A stretch of DNA of 64,000 bases. Source: Nibricoccus sp. (GTDB taxonomy: Bacteria; Verrucomicrobiota; Verrucomicrobiia; Opitutales; Opitutaceae). Of the stretch, positions 26,991 through 36,660 are shown piece by piece. The notes beneath the pieces are model-generated. The model searched no databases and was not told the DNA's origin. It was given only the letters and a program-made list of their open reading frames with translations. Each line of letters opens with the position of its first letter. The first letter of the stretch is position 1. The stretch is from positions 3,968,001 through 4,032,000 of the forward strand of contig JASGHG010000001.1 of the NCBI GenBank assembly GCA_047602425.1. The letters are read 5' to 3'. The position numbers and the translations under genes were made by a program.

Positions 26991-28394
26991 TCAGTTTGGG
27001 GAGAGAGGGAGTTTCAATTTGAATGTGGTGCCGGTGGGGCCGGTTTGGGCGAGGGTGAGTTCGGCGCCGATCTGGCGGGCGAGGAGTTGCGAAATGGCGA
27101 GGCCGAGGCCCGTGCCACCGGGTTTGGTGGTGCGGCCTGGTTGGAAAAGGTTGGCACGGATCGGATCGGGAATGCCCGCGCCTTGATCCGAAACGAGGAC
27201 CGAAAGCTGGCCGTCGCCGTTGTTCAGGGCGACGTCGATGTTGCGGCCGGAGGGCGTGGCGGCGATGGCGTTGTCGACGAGGTTGGAGACGATAAGGCAG
27301 ACGAGGCTGCCACGGTGGCTGTCGAGGGTTTGCGGGAAGTTGTCGCGCACGGAGAGGAGCACGCCTTTGCGCGCGGCTTGCGGTGAGCCCCGCTGGCGGA
27401 TGGTTTCGGCGAGTTCGCGGCCGGTGAGTTCGTAGCGAGTTTGGGCCTCGATGTCACCGAGCAAGGCGACGGTTTCCTGAATGAGGCTTTGCATGCGTTC
27501 GGTATAGCCGGCGGCGGACTGCCAGTCCTCGGAGGCTTGCGGGGCGTGATCGTGGCTGGCGACGACGGTGCGGAGGCCGGCGACGGAACCTTGCAGGCCA
27601 TGGATGAGGTGCGAGGTGATCTGCCCGAGGGCGGAAGCCTTGGCGGCGAGCGTGAGCTCGAAGTTGGCTCTGGTGAGTTGTTCGTTGCGGAGGGCAACGG
27701 CGTTTTGCGCGCGGCGCAGCCCGAGGTAGGCGAGGCCGAGGACGGCGGCGATGAGGCTGATGCCGATTATAAGGGTTGCATTGGTCTGGCGTCGAATGCG
27801 CTGGTCGATGGACGATAGTTCGAGAGAAAGCGGAAGCGCATCGATATAGTAGCGGACAAAGCCGATTGGGGACGTGGAGTTCCGGCTGAGCAGCGGAAGC
27901 AGGACTTCAAGCACGGGAGCGGTGCGGCGCGGTGCGATGCCTGCGAAATAGCGGTCGAGCGGAAACGCGTCATGATAGCGGCTCAGGGGCGTACCGCTTA
28001 GGAGCCGCAGGTAGTCGTCGGCAGGCAGTTCCACAAAAAGCATGGTCGCGGGCACGGCCTGCACCGTTCCGCCATCCTCGTCGAAGACAGCGACGCCAAG
28101 CATGCCCCGCTGATTGGCACTTTTGAAAACATTGGCGAGGCGGACGCCTGGGTCGGTGGCGGTGGGATTAGCGGTTTCGGCCTCCGCCACCTGCTGGAGG
28201 GCGACAGGGTAAAGCACAGCGGCGTCGCGCCCAATGATTTTTTGTCGGATGTCTTCGCGCAATTCGGTGCGGAAGCGAACAACCATGCCGGCAAAAATGG
28301 CAACGAGGAGGAGCGTAGTCGCGAGCGTGATGAGCGCCAGACGACTCGAGGGGCGTTTGGGTGAGGTCGGTGGGGACGTTTCCGATTTCGCCAT
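26991..28394 (-). CDS. Membrane sensor histidine kinase
   Basis: Two TM segments, atypical H-box (SHLIHGLQ), NLVDNA, DQGAG, GTGLGL. Confidence 0.88.
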   Translation of the reverse strand: MAKSETSPPTSPKRPSSRLALITLATTLLLVAIFAGMVVRFRTELREDIRQKIIGRDAAVLYPVALQQVAEAETANPTATDPGVRLANVFKSANQRGMLGVAVFDEDGGTVQAVPATMLFVELPADDYLRLLSGTPLSRYHDAFPLDRYFAGIAPRRTAPVLEVLLPLLSRNSTSPIGFVRYYIDALPLSLELSSIDQRIRRQTNATLIIGISLIAAVLGLAYLGLRRAQNAVALRNEQLTRANFELTLAAKASALGQITSHLIHGLQGSVAGLRTVVASHDHAPQASEDWQSAAGYTERMQSLIQETVALLGDIEAQTRYELTGRELAETIRQRGSPQAARKGVLLSVRDNFPQTLDSHRGSLVCLIVSNLVDNAIAATPSGRNIDVALNNGDGQLSVLVSDQGAGIPDPIRANLFQPGRTTKPGGTGLGLAISQLLARQIGAELTLAQTGPTGTTFKLKLPLSPN

Positions 28395-28490
28395 GTTGGT
28401 CAGTGCACGGTCAGGTTGACGGAAATCCGGGGCGGACACACATAGAATTTCAGATATTGTGCGGGTTATTCCTATTATTCAGTCGTTGGG

Positions 28491-28593
28491 ACCGCTGATT
28501 TTCGCTAATTAACGCTAATTCAGAAGAAACTGGGTGCGGACCAGTTTATCTATCGGCGTCCGATCTTAGCGGAAATTAGCGCTAATTAGCGGT
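28491..28593. repeat. Intergenic inverted element built from 9-nt subunits
   Basis: ACCGCTGATTTTCGCTAATTAACGCTAAT ... TTAGCGGAAATTAGCGCTAATTAGCGGT. Confidence 0.65.
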
Positions 28594-28724
28594 TCAAGAA
28601 TTTCTGGACTTGGGTGAAATTGATTGGGGCAGGTTGTTATGGAAAACGAGGATGAGGGCGACGGCTGAGTCGAACCGGCGACGACGGCGCGTCGCCCTCC
28701 ATCGGACTTTCTACAGAAGAAGCG

Positions 28725-30665
28725 CTAGAATTCTCCTTCAGGCAGGGGCAATGCGAGTTTTTCCAGGGCGATCTCGAAGAACAGCCGGCGCTGTTCGGGG
28801 GAAAGGCCTGGCTGATAGACGGCGGTTTGGTAATCCGTGTAAGGTTGCCAGGATTCCTCTTCGCGCAGGGCAGTGAGGAAGGCGGAGAGCAGCGATGCGA
28901 CGGATGGAGCTCCCTCGGCGGTGCGATGGGCGGCGGCAAAGGCGGCGACGGCGCTGCGAATGGATTCCTTCTCGCGATCGAGCTGGGCAAAACGCTGGGC
29001 ATTTTCCTTGTTTAGCTGGTTTACGGCCTCGCGCATTTTGTCGAGGTTGCCCGGAGGAACGCGCGAGCCTCCCTCCAATTGATAGCTAAGGTCGGACGTG
29101 CTGGATTTGGGCCGCATGCCTTTAGATTGAGGGGCTAGTTCGGTGCGAATCTCTTCGAGACGAGCCTGGACCGTTTTTTGCAGGGCCTGTTTTTCCTTGC
29201 GGTACGAATTGATGCGGGCGGAGAGCTCCGGTGGGAAAGCAGGGCCGGTGCTGGGACCCGGGGGCTTCGGCAGCGCGGCGAGACCGGCGCGGATATCGTC
29301 GGCCAACAGATCGAGCGAAGCGATGGCGGTGGCCTGTTGTTCGGCAAGCTGCTTGAGAGCCTGCGTGCGCTTGGACTCTGAGCTGTTGTCGTATTGATAA
29401 ATGGCGTCGCGAAGCTCCGTTTTGAGACGGTTTTTCTCATTTTGATAGAGGGCGATCTTGGCCTCGAGCTCTTCGGGAACGTCCGTGGGAATGTGAATGC
29501 GCGCGGTTTCGGGGGAGAAGTAGAGCCATTTCTCTTCTCCTTTTAAGGACGTTTCCTTCACGTTGGGTTTGAAGGCTTCGACCTGTAACTCCATCGCGAC
29601 TTCGCGGAGAAGACGGCGTTGCGCGGGCGAAAGCCCTTCCTGATAGAAGACCGCGGCGCGCATGACCAGGAATTCGTAGATGAGGGTTTTGGTGCGCGCT
29701 TCCGGGCTCTGACTGCCGCCGAGCCGCCATTGGCGGGTTTCGTTCCAATCGCCGGTGCCTGAAATGAAACCGACGAGTCCGCCGTGCAAAAGGTCGCTGC
29801 GAAGCTGTTCGGCGGTGGCTTCGAGCTCGACGATGCGCGGGGTCTGCTCGCGGGAAAACGCTTCGAGTTGGGTTACGCGCTCGGCGGCCGGGGCGTCCTT
29901 GAGCGAGGCGAGCTTTTGCTGAAGCTCGGTTTGTAGGGCGCTCCGTTTGGTTCGGTAATTTTCCAACCGTGAGAGGAGTTTTTTGGAAAGATCTTTCGAG
30001 TACAGCCGTGTGCTAAGCGGCGCGTAAAAGGGCTCGTAAACATGGCTGGCGAGATCCTTGGGCGCGGCCGCGCGCTCCACGGGCGAGCGTTTGGGCGGCG
30101 GTGGTGCACCAATGGGCGGGGGAATGGGCGGGAAAAAGATCGGTGTTTCCCGCAAGTTCGATCCGCGGCGAGCATAGCCGTCGTAGTAGTTTGAAAAAAG
30201 CGGGTCGTAAAAGAACTGGTCATAGAACGGGCTGTAGCGATGCCCACCCCAGAAATAATAGTTGCCGCCCCAGTAGTAACAACCGCCCCAATAGGGATAA
30301 CCGCCGTGCATGCCTCCTCCTCCGCCGTAGTAGCCGCCACCGGAATAACCACCGCCGGGGCCGGGCTGGAAACCGGTGCCTGAATCGTGGCTTGGACCTG
30401 GCGAGATGAAACGGCTGCCGGAATCGTTGCTTGGCGGTGGGGAATAGTTTGAAGGAGGCGGAGAATAGGACGAGCCTGACCCGGAATTGGACGGCGGTGG
30501 TGCAGGCGGCGGAGTGGAACTGCTGTCGGAAGGACCTGGAGCGATGAAGCGGTCGCTGGCGAGTCCGGTGGTGGCCCCGAGGAGAAGGAGGCTGGCCAGG
30601 CCGCCGAACAACCAGGTGCGCGGGTTGCGCCGCATCTGGGCCGGCAAGGGAAAATGGTTTTTCAT
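28725..30665 (-). CDS. Exported hypothetical protein (P/S/G/Y-rich N-terminus, duplicated helical domain)
   Basis: Signal peptide, low-complexity head; motif AVFYQEGLSPAQRRLL recurs as AVYQPGLSPEQRRLF. Confidence 0.8.
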   Translation of the reverse strand: MKNHFPLPAQMRRNPRTWLFGGLASLLLLGATTGLASDRFIAPGPSDSSSTPPPAPPPSNSGSGSSYSPPPSNYSPPPSNDSGSRFISPGPSHDSGTGFQPGPGGGYSGGGYYGGGGGMHGGYPYWGGCYYWGGNYYFWGGHRYSPFYDQFFYDPLFSNYYDGYARRGSNLRETPIFFPPIPPPIGAPPPPKRSPVERAAAPKDLASHVYEPFYAPLSTRLYSKDLSKKLLSRLENYRTKRSALQTELQQKLASLKDAPAAERVTQLEAFSREQTPRIVELEATAEQLRSDLLHGGLVGFISGTGDWNETRQWRLGGSQSPEARTKTLIYEFLVMRAAVFYQEGLSPAQRRLLREVAMELQVEAFKPNVKETSLKGEEKWLYFSPETARIHIPTDVPEELEAKIALYQNEKNRLKTELRDAIYQYDNSSESKRTQALKQLAEQQATAIASLDLLADDIRAGLAALPKPPGPSTGPAFPPELSARINSYRKEKQALQKTVQARLEEIRTELAPQSKGMRPKSSTSDLSYQLEGGSRVPPGNLDKMREAVNQLNKENAQRFAQLDREKESIRSAVAAFAAAHRTAEGAPSVASLLSAFLTALREEESWQPYTDYQTAVYQPGLSPEQRRLFFEIALEKLALPLPEGEF

Positions 30666-30710
30666 GGCGGAAATATTTTGGGCGGACTGAGTGGTTTGTC
30701 AGGGCGGCCG

Positions 30711-31325
30711 TCAGAAACGGAAATTGAGCCCGAGCGAGTAGGTGATGGATTCGCTCTCGTAAAAGGAGGCGCCGATCATCGCGCCGAGTTTGGGGGTGAA
30801 CCAGGTGTTCAGCCCGAACTTGTAGATCCAAGCGGAGTCGTAACTGCTATTGAAATATTCGGTGTAGGCGGCGGAGGCGAACAGCGCGCTCGAGCGCGTG
30901 ACCGGAATTTCCAGACCAAAGCTGGTGGCCCAAAGCGATTCGCGGTTCCGATATTTAACGTTGTTGTAGGTAGAAGATTGGTTGGTTTCGCCAATGGAAA
31001 ATTCGACGAAGGGTTTGGCCCATTCGAGATCGGCATAGGCGGTGACGTAGCCGCCAATCCGCCGGTCGGTGTAATTGAAGTTGCTGAAACGTTCGCTCGA
31101 GGCGCGGAAGCCGGCGTCGAGGAAATCGAGAATCGGAACGTTGGCGAACAGCTCGACGCCGTTGCCATTGTCCATGTTCGAATCGCGGACATTCTCCGTG
31201 AAGAAGCCGAGTCCGGCGTAACGTTTGCCGATGAAACCGGCGTCCATTTGGGCTTGGGCGGCGCTGGCGAGAGCGAGCAGACCGAGAATGACGAGCAAAA
31301 GGCGGGGTGTAGAATGTTTTGTCAT
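30711..31325 (-). CDS. Small outer-membrane beta-barrel protein
   Basis: Signal peptide, alternating aromatic strands, C-terminal YSLGLNFRF. Confidence 0.8.
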   Translation of the reverse strand: MTKHSTPRLLLVILGLLALASAAQAQMDAGFIGKRYAGLGFFTENVRDSNMDNGNGVELFANVPILDFLDAGFRASSERFSNFNYTDRRIGGYVTAYADLEWAKPFVEFSIGETNQSSTYNNVKYRNRESLWATSFGLEIPVTRSSALFASAAYTEYFNSSYDSAWIYKFGLNTWFTPKLGAMIGASFYESESITYSLGLNFRF

Positions 31326-31341
31326 GGTGCTGTACCTATTA

Positions 31342-31357
31342 ACTAGTTCCGTGCCAA
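31342..31357 (-). promoter_or_regulatory. Candidate sigma-54 (-24/-12) promoter
   Basis: Minus strand TTGGCAC-GGAAC-TAGT just upstream of the OMP start. The -24 box is perfect; the -12 box has GT instead of GC. Adjacent to a bEBP gene. Confidence 0.5.
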
Positions 31358-31514
31358 CGTTGGGTTTATATCCATAAGCTATTGATGATTAAATGAAAAC
31401 GATTCGATGCGGCGAAGAAACCGACTGCGTCATAGCTGTAATTGGTTGCAGCCAACCAATCCATGAGCTCGGAAGAAGCCATGGTTGGGTGCGGCCAACC
31501 ATGCGTGGATATCC

Positions 31515-32927
31515 TTACGGGGCGGACGTTGTCCCGGGCTGCTGATTCAACCGGTAGCGGAGAAATTCGCGGGTGACGCCGAGGCGACGGGCGGCGGCGG
31601 AGACATTTCCATTGGTTTCGCGCAGAGCTTCGTCGACGAGATCGGCGACGACTTGGTCGAGAGCGAAGCCGTCCTCGGGCAGGCGCCAGGCAGGATTGCG
31701 CCAACTGGTTGCTACCGGCAATGAGGTGCCGGTGGCGCTGGTCAATTGGGCAAAATCGAGCTGCGTACCATTGCTGAAAATGACCGCACGCTCCAGCACG
31801 TGGGCGAGTTCGCGAACATTGCCGGGCCAACGGTGTGCGAGCAAACGGGCTTCGCCGGATGGCGAGATTGTGAGCCCGGGCAGCCGGTGGCGCACGGCCA
31901 TGGGCTTTAGAAGGTGACGGGCGAGGGCGAGGATGTCGGAACCGCGTTCGCGCAGCGGCGGCAACGTCACATGCAACAAATGCAGGCGGTGATAGAGGTC
32001 TTCGCGAAAGTTGCCGGTGGCGACAAGTTCCTCCAGCGGGCGATTGCTGGCGGCGAGGAGGCGGACATCGACTTGGATTTCCTTGTTGGAGCCGAGGCGG
32101 CGAATCTTCCCGTCCTCAACGGCGGTGAGAACCCTGGCCTGGGTCGAAGCGGCGAGCGTGCCGATTTCGTCGAGGAAAAGCGTACCGCCATCGGCGGCTT
32201 CGAAAAGACCGATGCGGGCCTGGCGCGCGTCGGTGAAGGCACCGCGTTCATGACCGAATAATTCGGACTCGACTAAATTTTCCGGCAACGCGGCACAGTT
32301 GACAGAGATGAAAGGCCGCTCGGCGCGCGGGCCCTGAGCGTGCAGCCAGCGGGCGATGGCGCTTTTGCCGGTGCCGGTTTCGCCCTCGATCAGGACGGCG
32401 GGAAGCTGGCGTTCGAGGCGCCGGTCTGCGGCGAGGATCGTGTCGAGCTGAGTGCGGAGGCCGGCGAGACTCTGGCCGAAGAAAAGCTGGTCGGGTTTGG
32501 CTCCGGAGCCGGTGGAACGGTGTTCGTCGCGGCGCTTGGCGTTGTGCTGAAGGCGGCAACGCGCGAACGCCAGCGGCAGGGCTTCTGGCTCAAAGGGCTT
32601 GGTGAGGTAATCGCCCGCGCCGAGACGCATGGCCTCGACGGCTTTTTTCACGCCGCCGAAAGCGGTCATGACGACGACTCCGGTATTTTCCGAAAACGCA
32701 CCCTCGCGCAGAAGGCTGAGCGAGTCGCCATCCGGCAGATGGAGATCGATCAGAGCGAAATCGAAACGCATTTCCCGCAACAGCCGGCGCGCCTCTTCGA
32801 TATTGGCGGCTTCGGTGACCTCGGTTTTGAAGCCGCGCAGTTGGGCGGCGAGCCGCTTGCGCAACGAAGGGTCGTCCTCAAGCAGGAGAATTTCGCAACC
32901 GGGGGAGAGCGGCGATGCGTCGGCCAT
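31515..32927 (-). CDS. Sigma-54-dependent response regulator (NtrC/AtoC family)
   Basis: REC domain, GETGTGKS, ELFGHERGAFTDA, LFLDEI, WPGNVREL, Fis-type HTH. Confidence 0.95.
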   Translation of the reverse strand: MADASPLSPGCEILLLEDDPSLRKRLAAQLRGFKTEVTEAANIEEARRLLREMRFDFALIDLHLPDGDSLSLLREGAFSENTGVVVMTAFGGVKKAVEAMRLGAGDYLTKPFEPEALPLAFARCRLQHNAKRRDEHRSTGSGAKPDQLFFGQSLAGLRTQLDTILAADRRLERQLPAVLIEGETGTGKSAIARWLHAQGPRAERPFISVNCAALPENLVESELFGHERGAFTDARQARIGLFEAADGGTLFLDEIGTLAASTQARVLTAVEDGKIRRLGSNKEIQVDVRLLAASNRPLEELVATGNFREDLYHRLHLLHVTLPPLRERGSDILALARHLLKPMAVRHRLPGLTISPSGEARLLAHRWPGNVRELAHVLERAVIFSNGTQLDFAQLTSATGTSLPVATSWRNPAWRLPEDGFALDQVVADLVDEALRETNGNVSAAARRLGVTREFLRYRLNQQPGTTSAP

Positions 32928-33017
32928 GACCGGATGATATGCCCGGAATGGCGGCGGGGGTTCAACACCAAACCGGTCTCAAGTGAGTGGTTTGGGTTCA
33001 GCGTCCGAGCTGCCGGT

Positions 33018-34085
33018 TCATTTGACGCCGCAGGCAAGCGCGAGGCGCATGAAGGCCCAGCCCAAAGACGCGGTAATTGGGAGCGTGAGCACCCAAGCCC
33101 AAACGATGCGGCCGACGATGCCCCACTTGACCGCGCTGAAACGTTTCACCGTTCCGACGCCCATGATGGATGTGGAGATGACGTGTGTCGTGGAAACAGG
33201 AATGCCGAAATGCGAAGCAGTGAGGATGACGGCGCCAGCGCTGGTTTCGGCGGCGAAGCCATGCACGGGCTGCAATTTCACCATCTTGTGGCCCATCGTA
33301 CGAATGATGCGCCAGCCGCCCCCGGCAGTACCGGCAGCCATGGTGAGCGCGCAGGCAGCGATCACCCAGTAAGGAATATCCTTGTCGCTTTGTTGGAGAA
33401 AGGACGCCCAGCCGGGGAGATCTTTAAGTACGCCGGCCTGGGTGCTGGTGAAAAGGGCGAGCGTGATGATGCCCATGGTTTTTTGAGCATCGTTGGAGCC
33501 GTGGCTGAGGCCCATCGCGCCGGCGCTGACCAGCTGAAGCTTTCCAAAGAATCCGTTGACGAAGCGAGGGGTGGACTTTTTCAGCAGAATATACAGCAGG
33601 CCCATAACCACTGCAGCCACGATAAAACCGAGAACTGGCGAGGTGACCATAGGCAGCACGACCTTGTACCAAAGGCCCACATGCTGGCCCTTTTCATTGG
33701 TTGAGGCCCAGATCAACACATGCCAGTTGCCCTTGGCGGTGGCAACCGCTGCGCCGCAAAGGCCGCCGATCAGGGCATGGCTTGAACTGGAGGGAAGTCC
33801 CCACCACCACGTCAGCAGATTCCAGACGATCGCGCCCAGCAGCGCGCATAACACCGTGATGGTTGTCACGGCGGCGGTTTCGACCAGGCCGGAACTGATG
33901 GTTTTGGCCACGCCGACGCCGATGAACGCGCCGGCGAGATTAGTTACGGCGGCAAGCAAGATCGCTTGGCGCGGCGTCAAAACCTTGGTGGAAACGACAG
34001 TCGCGATGGCGTTGGCGGCATCGTGAAAGCCGTTGATATACTCGAAGGCCAGCGCCACGAGGATGACGATGAGTAGGAGCTCCAT
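33018..34085 (-). CDS. pit: PiT-family inorganic phosphate transporter
   Basis: NGFHDAANAIAT, PSSSSHAL, HGSNDAQK, PVSTTH. Confidence 0.93.
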   Translation of the reverse strand: MELLLIVILVALAFEYINGFHDAANAIATVVSTKVLTPRQAILLAAVTNLAGAFIGVGVAKTISSGLVETAAVTTITVLCALLGAIVWNLLTWWWGLPSSSSHALIGGLCGAAVATAKGNWHVLIWASTNEKGQHVGLWYKVVLPMVTSPVLGFIVAAVVMGLLYILLKKSTPRFVNGFFGKLQLVSAGAMGLSHGSNDAQKTMGIITLALFTSTQAGVLKDLPGWASFLQQSDKDIPYWVIAACALTMAAGTAGGGWRIIRTMGHKMVKLQPVHGFAAETSAGAVILTASHFGIPVSTTHVISTSIMGVGTVKRFSAVKWGIVGRIVWAWVLTLPITASLGWAFMRLALACGVK

Positions 34086-34098
34086 GGGTCGGCTCCGC

Positions 34099-34737
34099 TC
34101 AGGAGTATTTCAAAACGATTTGGAAAACGACGTTGCCGGCGTCGCGGCAGCGATCGACAGCCTTTTCAACCATTTCAAAGAGGTCCTGAAGAATGACTGT
34201 TTCCTTCGCATCGTAGGTGCCGTGATAAAGATCTCTGATGGCGGCGAGGAGTTGTTTGTCGGCTTCGCCTTCGGCGTATTGAAGTTTTTCGTTGGCTTCG
34301 CCGATTTGTTCGATGCGCGCTCCGTGACGAAGTTGTTTCACCATGAAAACGACCGATTCGGCGGCTTTGCCCAGCAGGTCGGCCATGCGGAGGAAGGCTT
34401 CGCGCGGCAACTTGCCGGGATAAATCGAGAGGCGTTCGACGAGTTTTTCGACGGTTTTCGGAATTCGGTAAAGGGCGAGGGAGAGCGCTTCGATGTCTTC
34501 GCGTTCGAGCGGAGTGACGAAGGTTTTGCAGAGTTCCTCGGTGATCTGGCTGGTGATCTTTTTGTCCTTCCGGCGGCTTTGAATGAAATCGTCAAGGTCG
34601 CCCGCGCTACGGTAAGACTCGATGCGTTGCAGGTAGCTGGAGAGGAGCTTCGTGCTGGTGAGAGCCTCTTCGGCGCTCGCTTCAAGCAGGTCGTAGAACT
34701 TCTGGTCTTTGCCGAATAGCTTGGGAATGGAGATCAT
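34099..34737 (-). CDS. DUF47/PhoU-like phosphate transport accessory protein
   Basis: TFVTPLEREDI, EGEAD, EKAVDRC; directly upstream of pit. Confidence 0.9.
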   Translation of the reverse strand: MISIPKLFGKDQKFYDLLEASAEEALTSTKLLSSYLQRIESYRSAGDLDDFIQSRRKDKKITSQITEELCKTFVTPLEREDIEALSLALYRIPKTVEKLVERLSIYPGKLPREAFLRMADLLGKAAESVVFMVKQLRHGARIEQIGEANEKLQYAEGEADKQLLAAIRDLYHGTYDAKETVILQDLFEMVEKAVDRCRDAGNVVFQIVLKYS

Positions 34738-34783
34738 ATGACCGACTGGCTAGAGGCGTTCGTAACCTTTGTGAAACGAATTC

Positions 34784-34812
34784 TGTGACAGACGTGTTAC
34801 ATTCGTGTGACG
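34784..34812 (-). promoter_or_regulatory. Pho-box-like triple direct repeat
   Basis: Minus strand cGTCACAcgaa-tGTAACAcgtc-tGTCACA, 11-nt period, ~47 nt upstream of the DUF47-pit operon. Confidence 0.7.
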
Positions 34813-34881
34813 ATGGCGGCGGACGATGGAAATTTTGCAAACTTCACGAAATACGCCGCCATTTTTCGCCTCCGGCGAGCG

Positions 34882-35670
34882 TTAAGCCCGCTTACGCAAT
34901 TTGGCCCAGAAAAAACCGAGCCGCTCGTGAATGGCTTTGGTGGAGCGTTCGAGCGCGCCCATGTCCCAGGCAACGAAGAGCCCAATTTCTTCGCGATTGT
35001 CTCGCTCCATGAAATCGCTGGGTGCGGCAACGGGATTGAGGCCGGCTTTTTTGCACAAGGCCATGGCTCGCGGCATGTGCCAGGCGGAAGTGACGAGGAG
35101 AAAAGGCTGTGAACCAATTTCACGGAAAATCGCCTGGGCCTCGTCGTCGGTATCGCGAGTATTGTCGAACCGAACGATGCGGCCGGGAACGATCCCAAGC
35201 GATTGCGCGGATTCCGCGAGAATCTGCGCGTGGGAAAACTCAACCGGGCCGTTGTAACCCGAAACAACTAGTTTCGCCTCGGGCAAAAGGTGCGCGAGAC
35301 GGACGCCTTCCGTCAGGCGACCGAGAGCGGAAGGGCTGAGCTGGCTTAACCGCGAAAGTTTTTGCGAATCGCCGTGACCCCCGCCCAACACCACAATGAA
35401 ACGGCACGCGCGAGCGGCGGAAGGCAGGTCACTCGGAGAGCGCGCTTCGGGAATGGCGGCGTATTGATTTTCCAGCGGGGCGATCAGAAGGCGTGCGATG
35501 CCTTTGTTCGAAAAAACCGCCAACGCCAGTAGCGCGAGAGTGAGGAGCCCGCGACCGAGTTTTTGACGCCGCGTCCAGAACAGCAGAACGAGGCCCGCGA
35601 AGCCGACCAGCAACGTGAAGTAAAGAGGCAGAAACGGAATGGTGAGCGTTTTCTTCAACCAGAAGAGCAT
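34882..35670 (-). CDS. YdcF/ElyC (DUF218) family membrane protein
   Basis: IVVLGGG, RLTEG, TRDTDDEA, LVTSAWHMPRA. Confidence 0.9.
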   Translation of the reverse strand: MLFWLKKTLTIPFLPLYFTLLVGFAGLVLLFWTRRQKLGRGLLTLALLALAVFSNKGIARLLIAPLENQYAAIPEARSPSDLPSAARACRFIVVLGGGHGDSQKLSRLSQLSPSALGRLTEGVRLAHLLPEAKLVVSGYNGPVEFSHAQILAESAQSLGIVPGRIVRFDNTRDTDDEAQAIFREIGSQPFLLVTSAWHMPRAMALCKKAGLNPVAAPSDFMERDNREEIGLFVAWDMGALERSTKAIHERLGFFWAKLRKRA

Positions 35671-35803
35671 GGCCGAAGTTGGTCAATGTCTCGGTGGATT
35701 GGCAACTGCAGTTGAGCGGAGGGCCGACCACGTCGGCCAGCTTGCATGGACCAACGGTCGACGTGGAAGTCGACCCTCCACCTGATACCCACACGGAGTC
35801 GTG

Positions 35804-36553
35804 CTATCGCAGGGTGAGCTCGAAGCTGGGATCGGCGGATTCGGCGTTGTAAATGACCTCGAAATCCTGGATCTTTTGCTTGTAGCGGGTGGTTTCGTAA
35901 GGAGTGTAACTGAGTTCCTGAAGTTGTCCGGCCTTGGCATAGGCGTCGACGGTGTTTGCCGGGTAGGTTGGGTAAACTTTCACGATTTCGCCGTCGTATT
36001 CGATCTCGCATCTGCCAGCGCCGCGCCAGCGATTGGCCCAGCCTTCAATCAACTCCAAGCTGGCGAATGCGACTTTGATCGCGCCCGTGTTTTTTGCGGA
36101 AGCGACCAGGGGGTATTCGGTTTTAAAATACATTTCGGTGCGGACCTGCATTTCGGCGCGGGCGGAATTCAGCCGGTCGCGGCGGTTTGACTCCTCTTCG
36201 ATAGGTGCGCGTTCGTTGAGTTTGGCGGTTTCCTCACGTTGGGCTCGGAGCTTGAGGGAGCGCTGGTATTCGGCCTGTTCCAATTCGCGGGCTCGAACAC
36301 GGTCCTGCCGATTTTTTTCTTCGGCGACCTTGGCCGCCGCTTCATCAACAGGATGTTTGGCCTGCAATTCGGCAGGAAGAAGTGGTTTTGCGACCGAACA
36401 GAGCCCTGTTGCGTGCCTGAGGGTGACGGTGCGCGGGGTTTCCGAAACAATAATGGCGTCCTTGAACACCCGACCATCTGCCAGCGTAACATCGTCGGCG
36501 AAGACGGTGACGGAGGAAAGAATCGCGATCGGAAGAAGAAGGGCGAGTTTCAT
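35804..36553 (-). CDS. Exported hypothetical protein
   Basis: Signal peptide, ADDVTLADGRVFKDA head, charged coiled coil. Confidence 0.7.
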   Translation of the reverse strand: MKLALLLPIAILSSVTVFADDVTLADGRVFKDAIIVSETPRTVTLRHATGLCSVAKPLLPAELQAKHPVDEAAAKVAEEKNRQDRVRARELEQAEYQRSLKLRAQREETAKLNERAPIEEESNRRDRLNSARAEMQVRTEMYFKTEYPLVASAKNTGAIKVAFASLELIEGWANRWRGAGRCEIEYDGEIVKVYPTYPANTVDAYAKAGQLQELSYTPYETTRYKQKIQDFEVIYNAESADPSFELTLR

Positions 36554-36660
36554 AGTGGATGTCACGCCTGCGATATCCCCCAAGGGAAGCTGGTGCGCAT
36601 GAACAACCCTGCCACGAAGGCCCGGCCAGACAAGCTTTTTAGGCCTGAGAGATGGTATGG

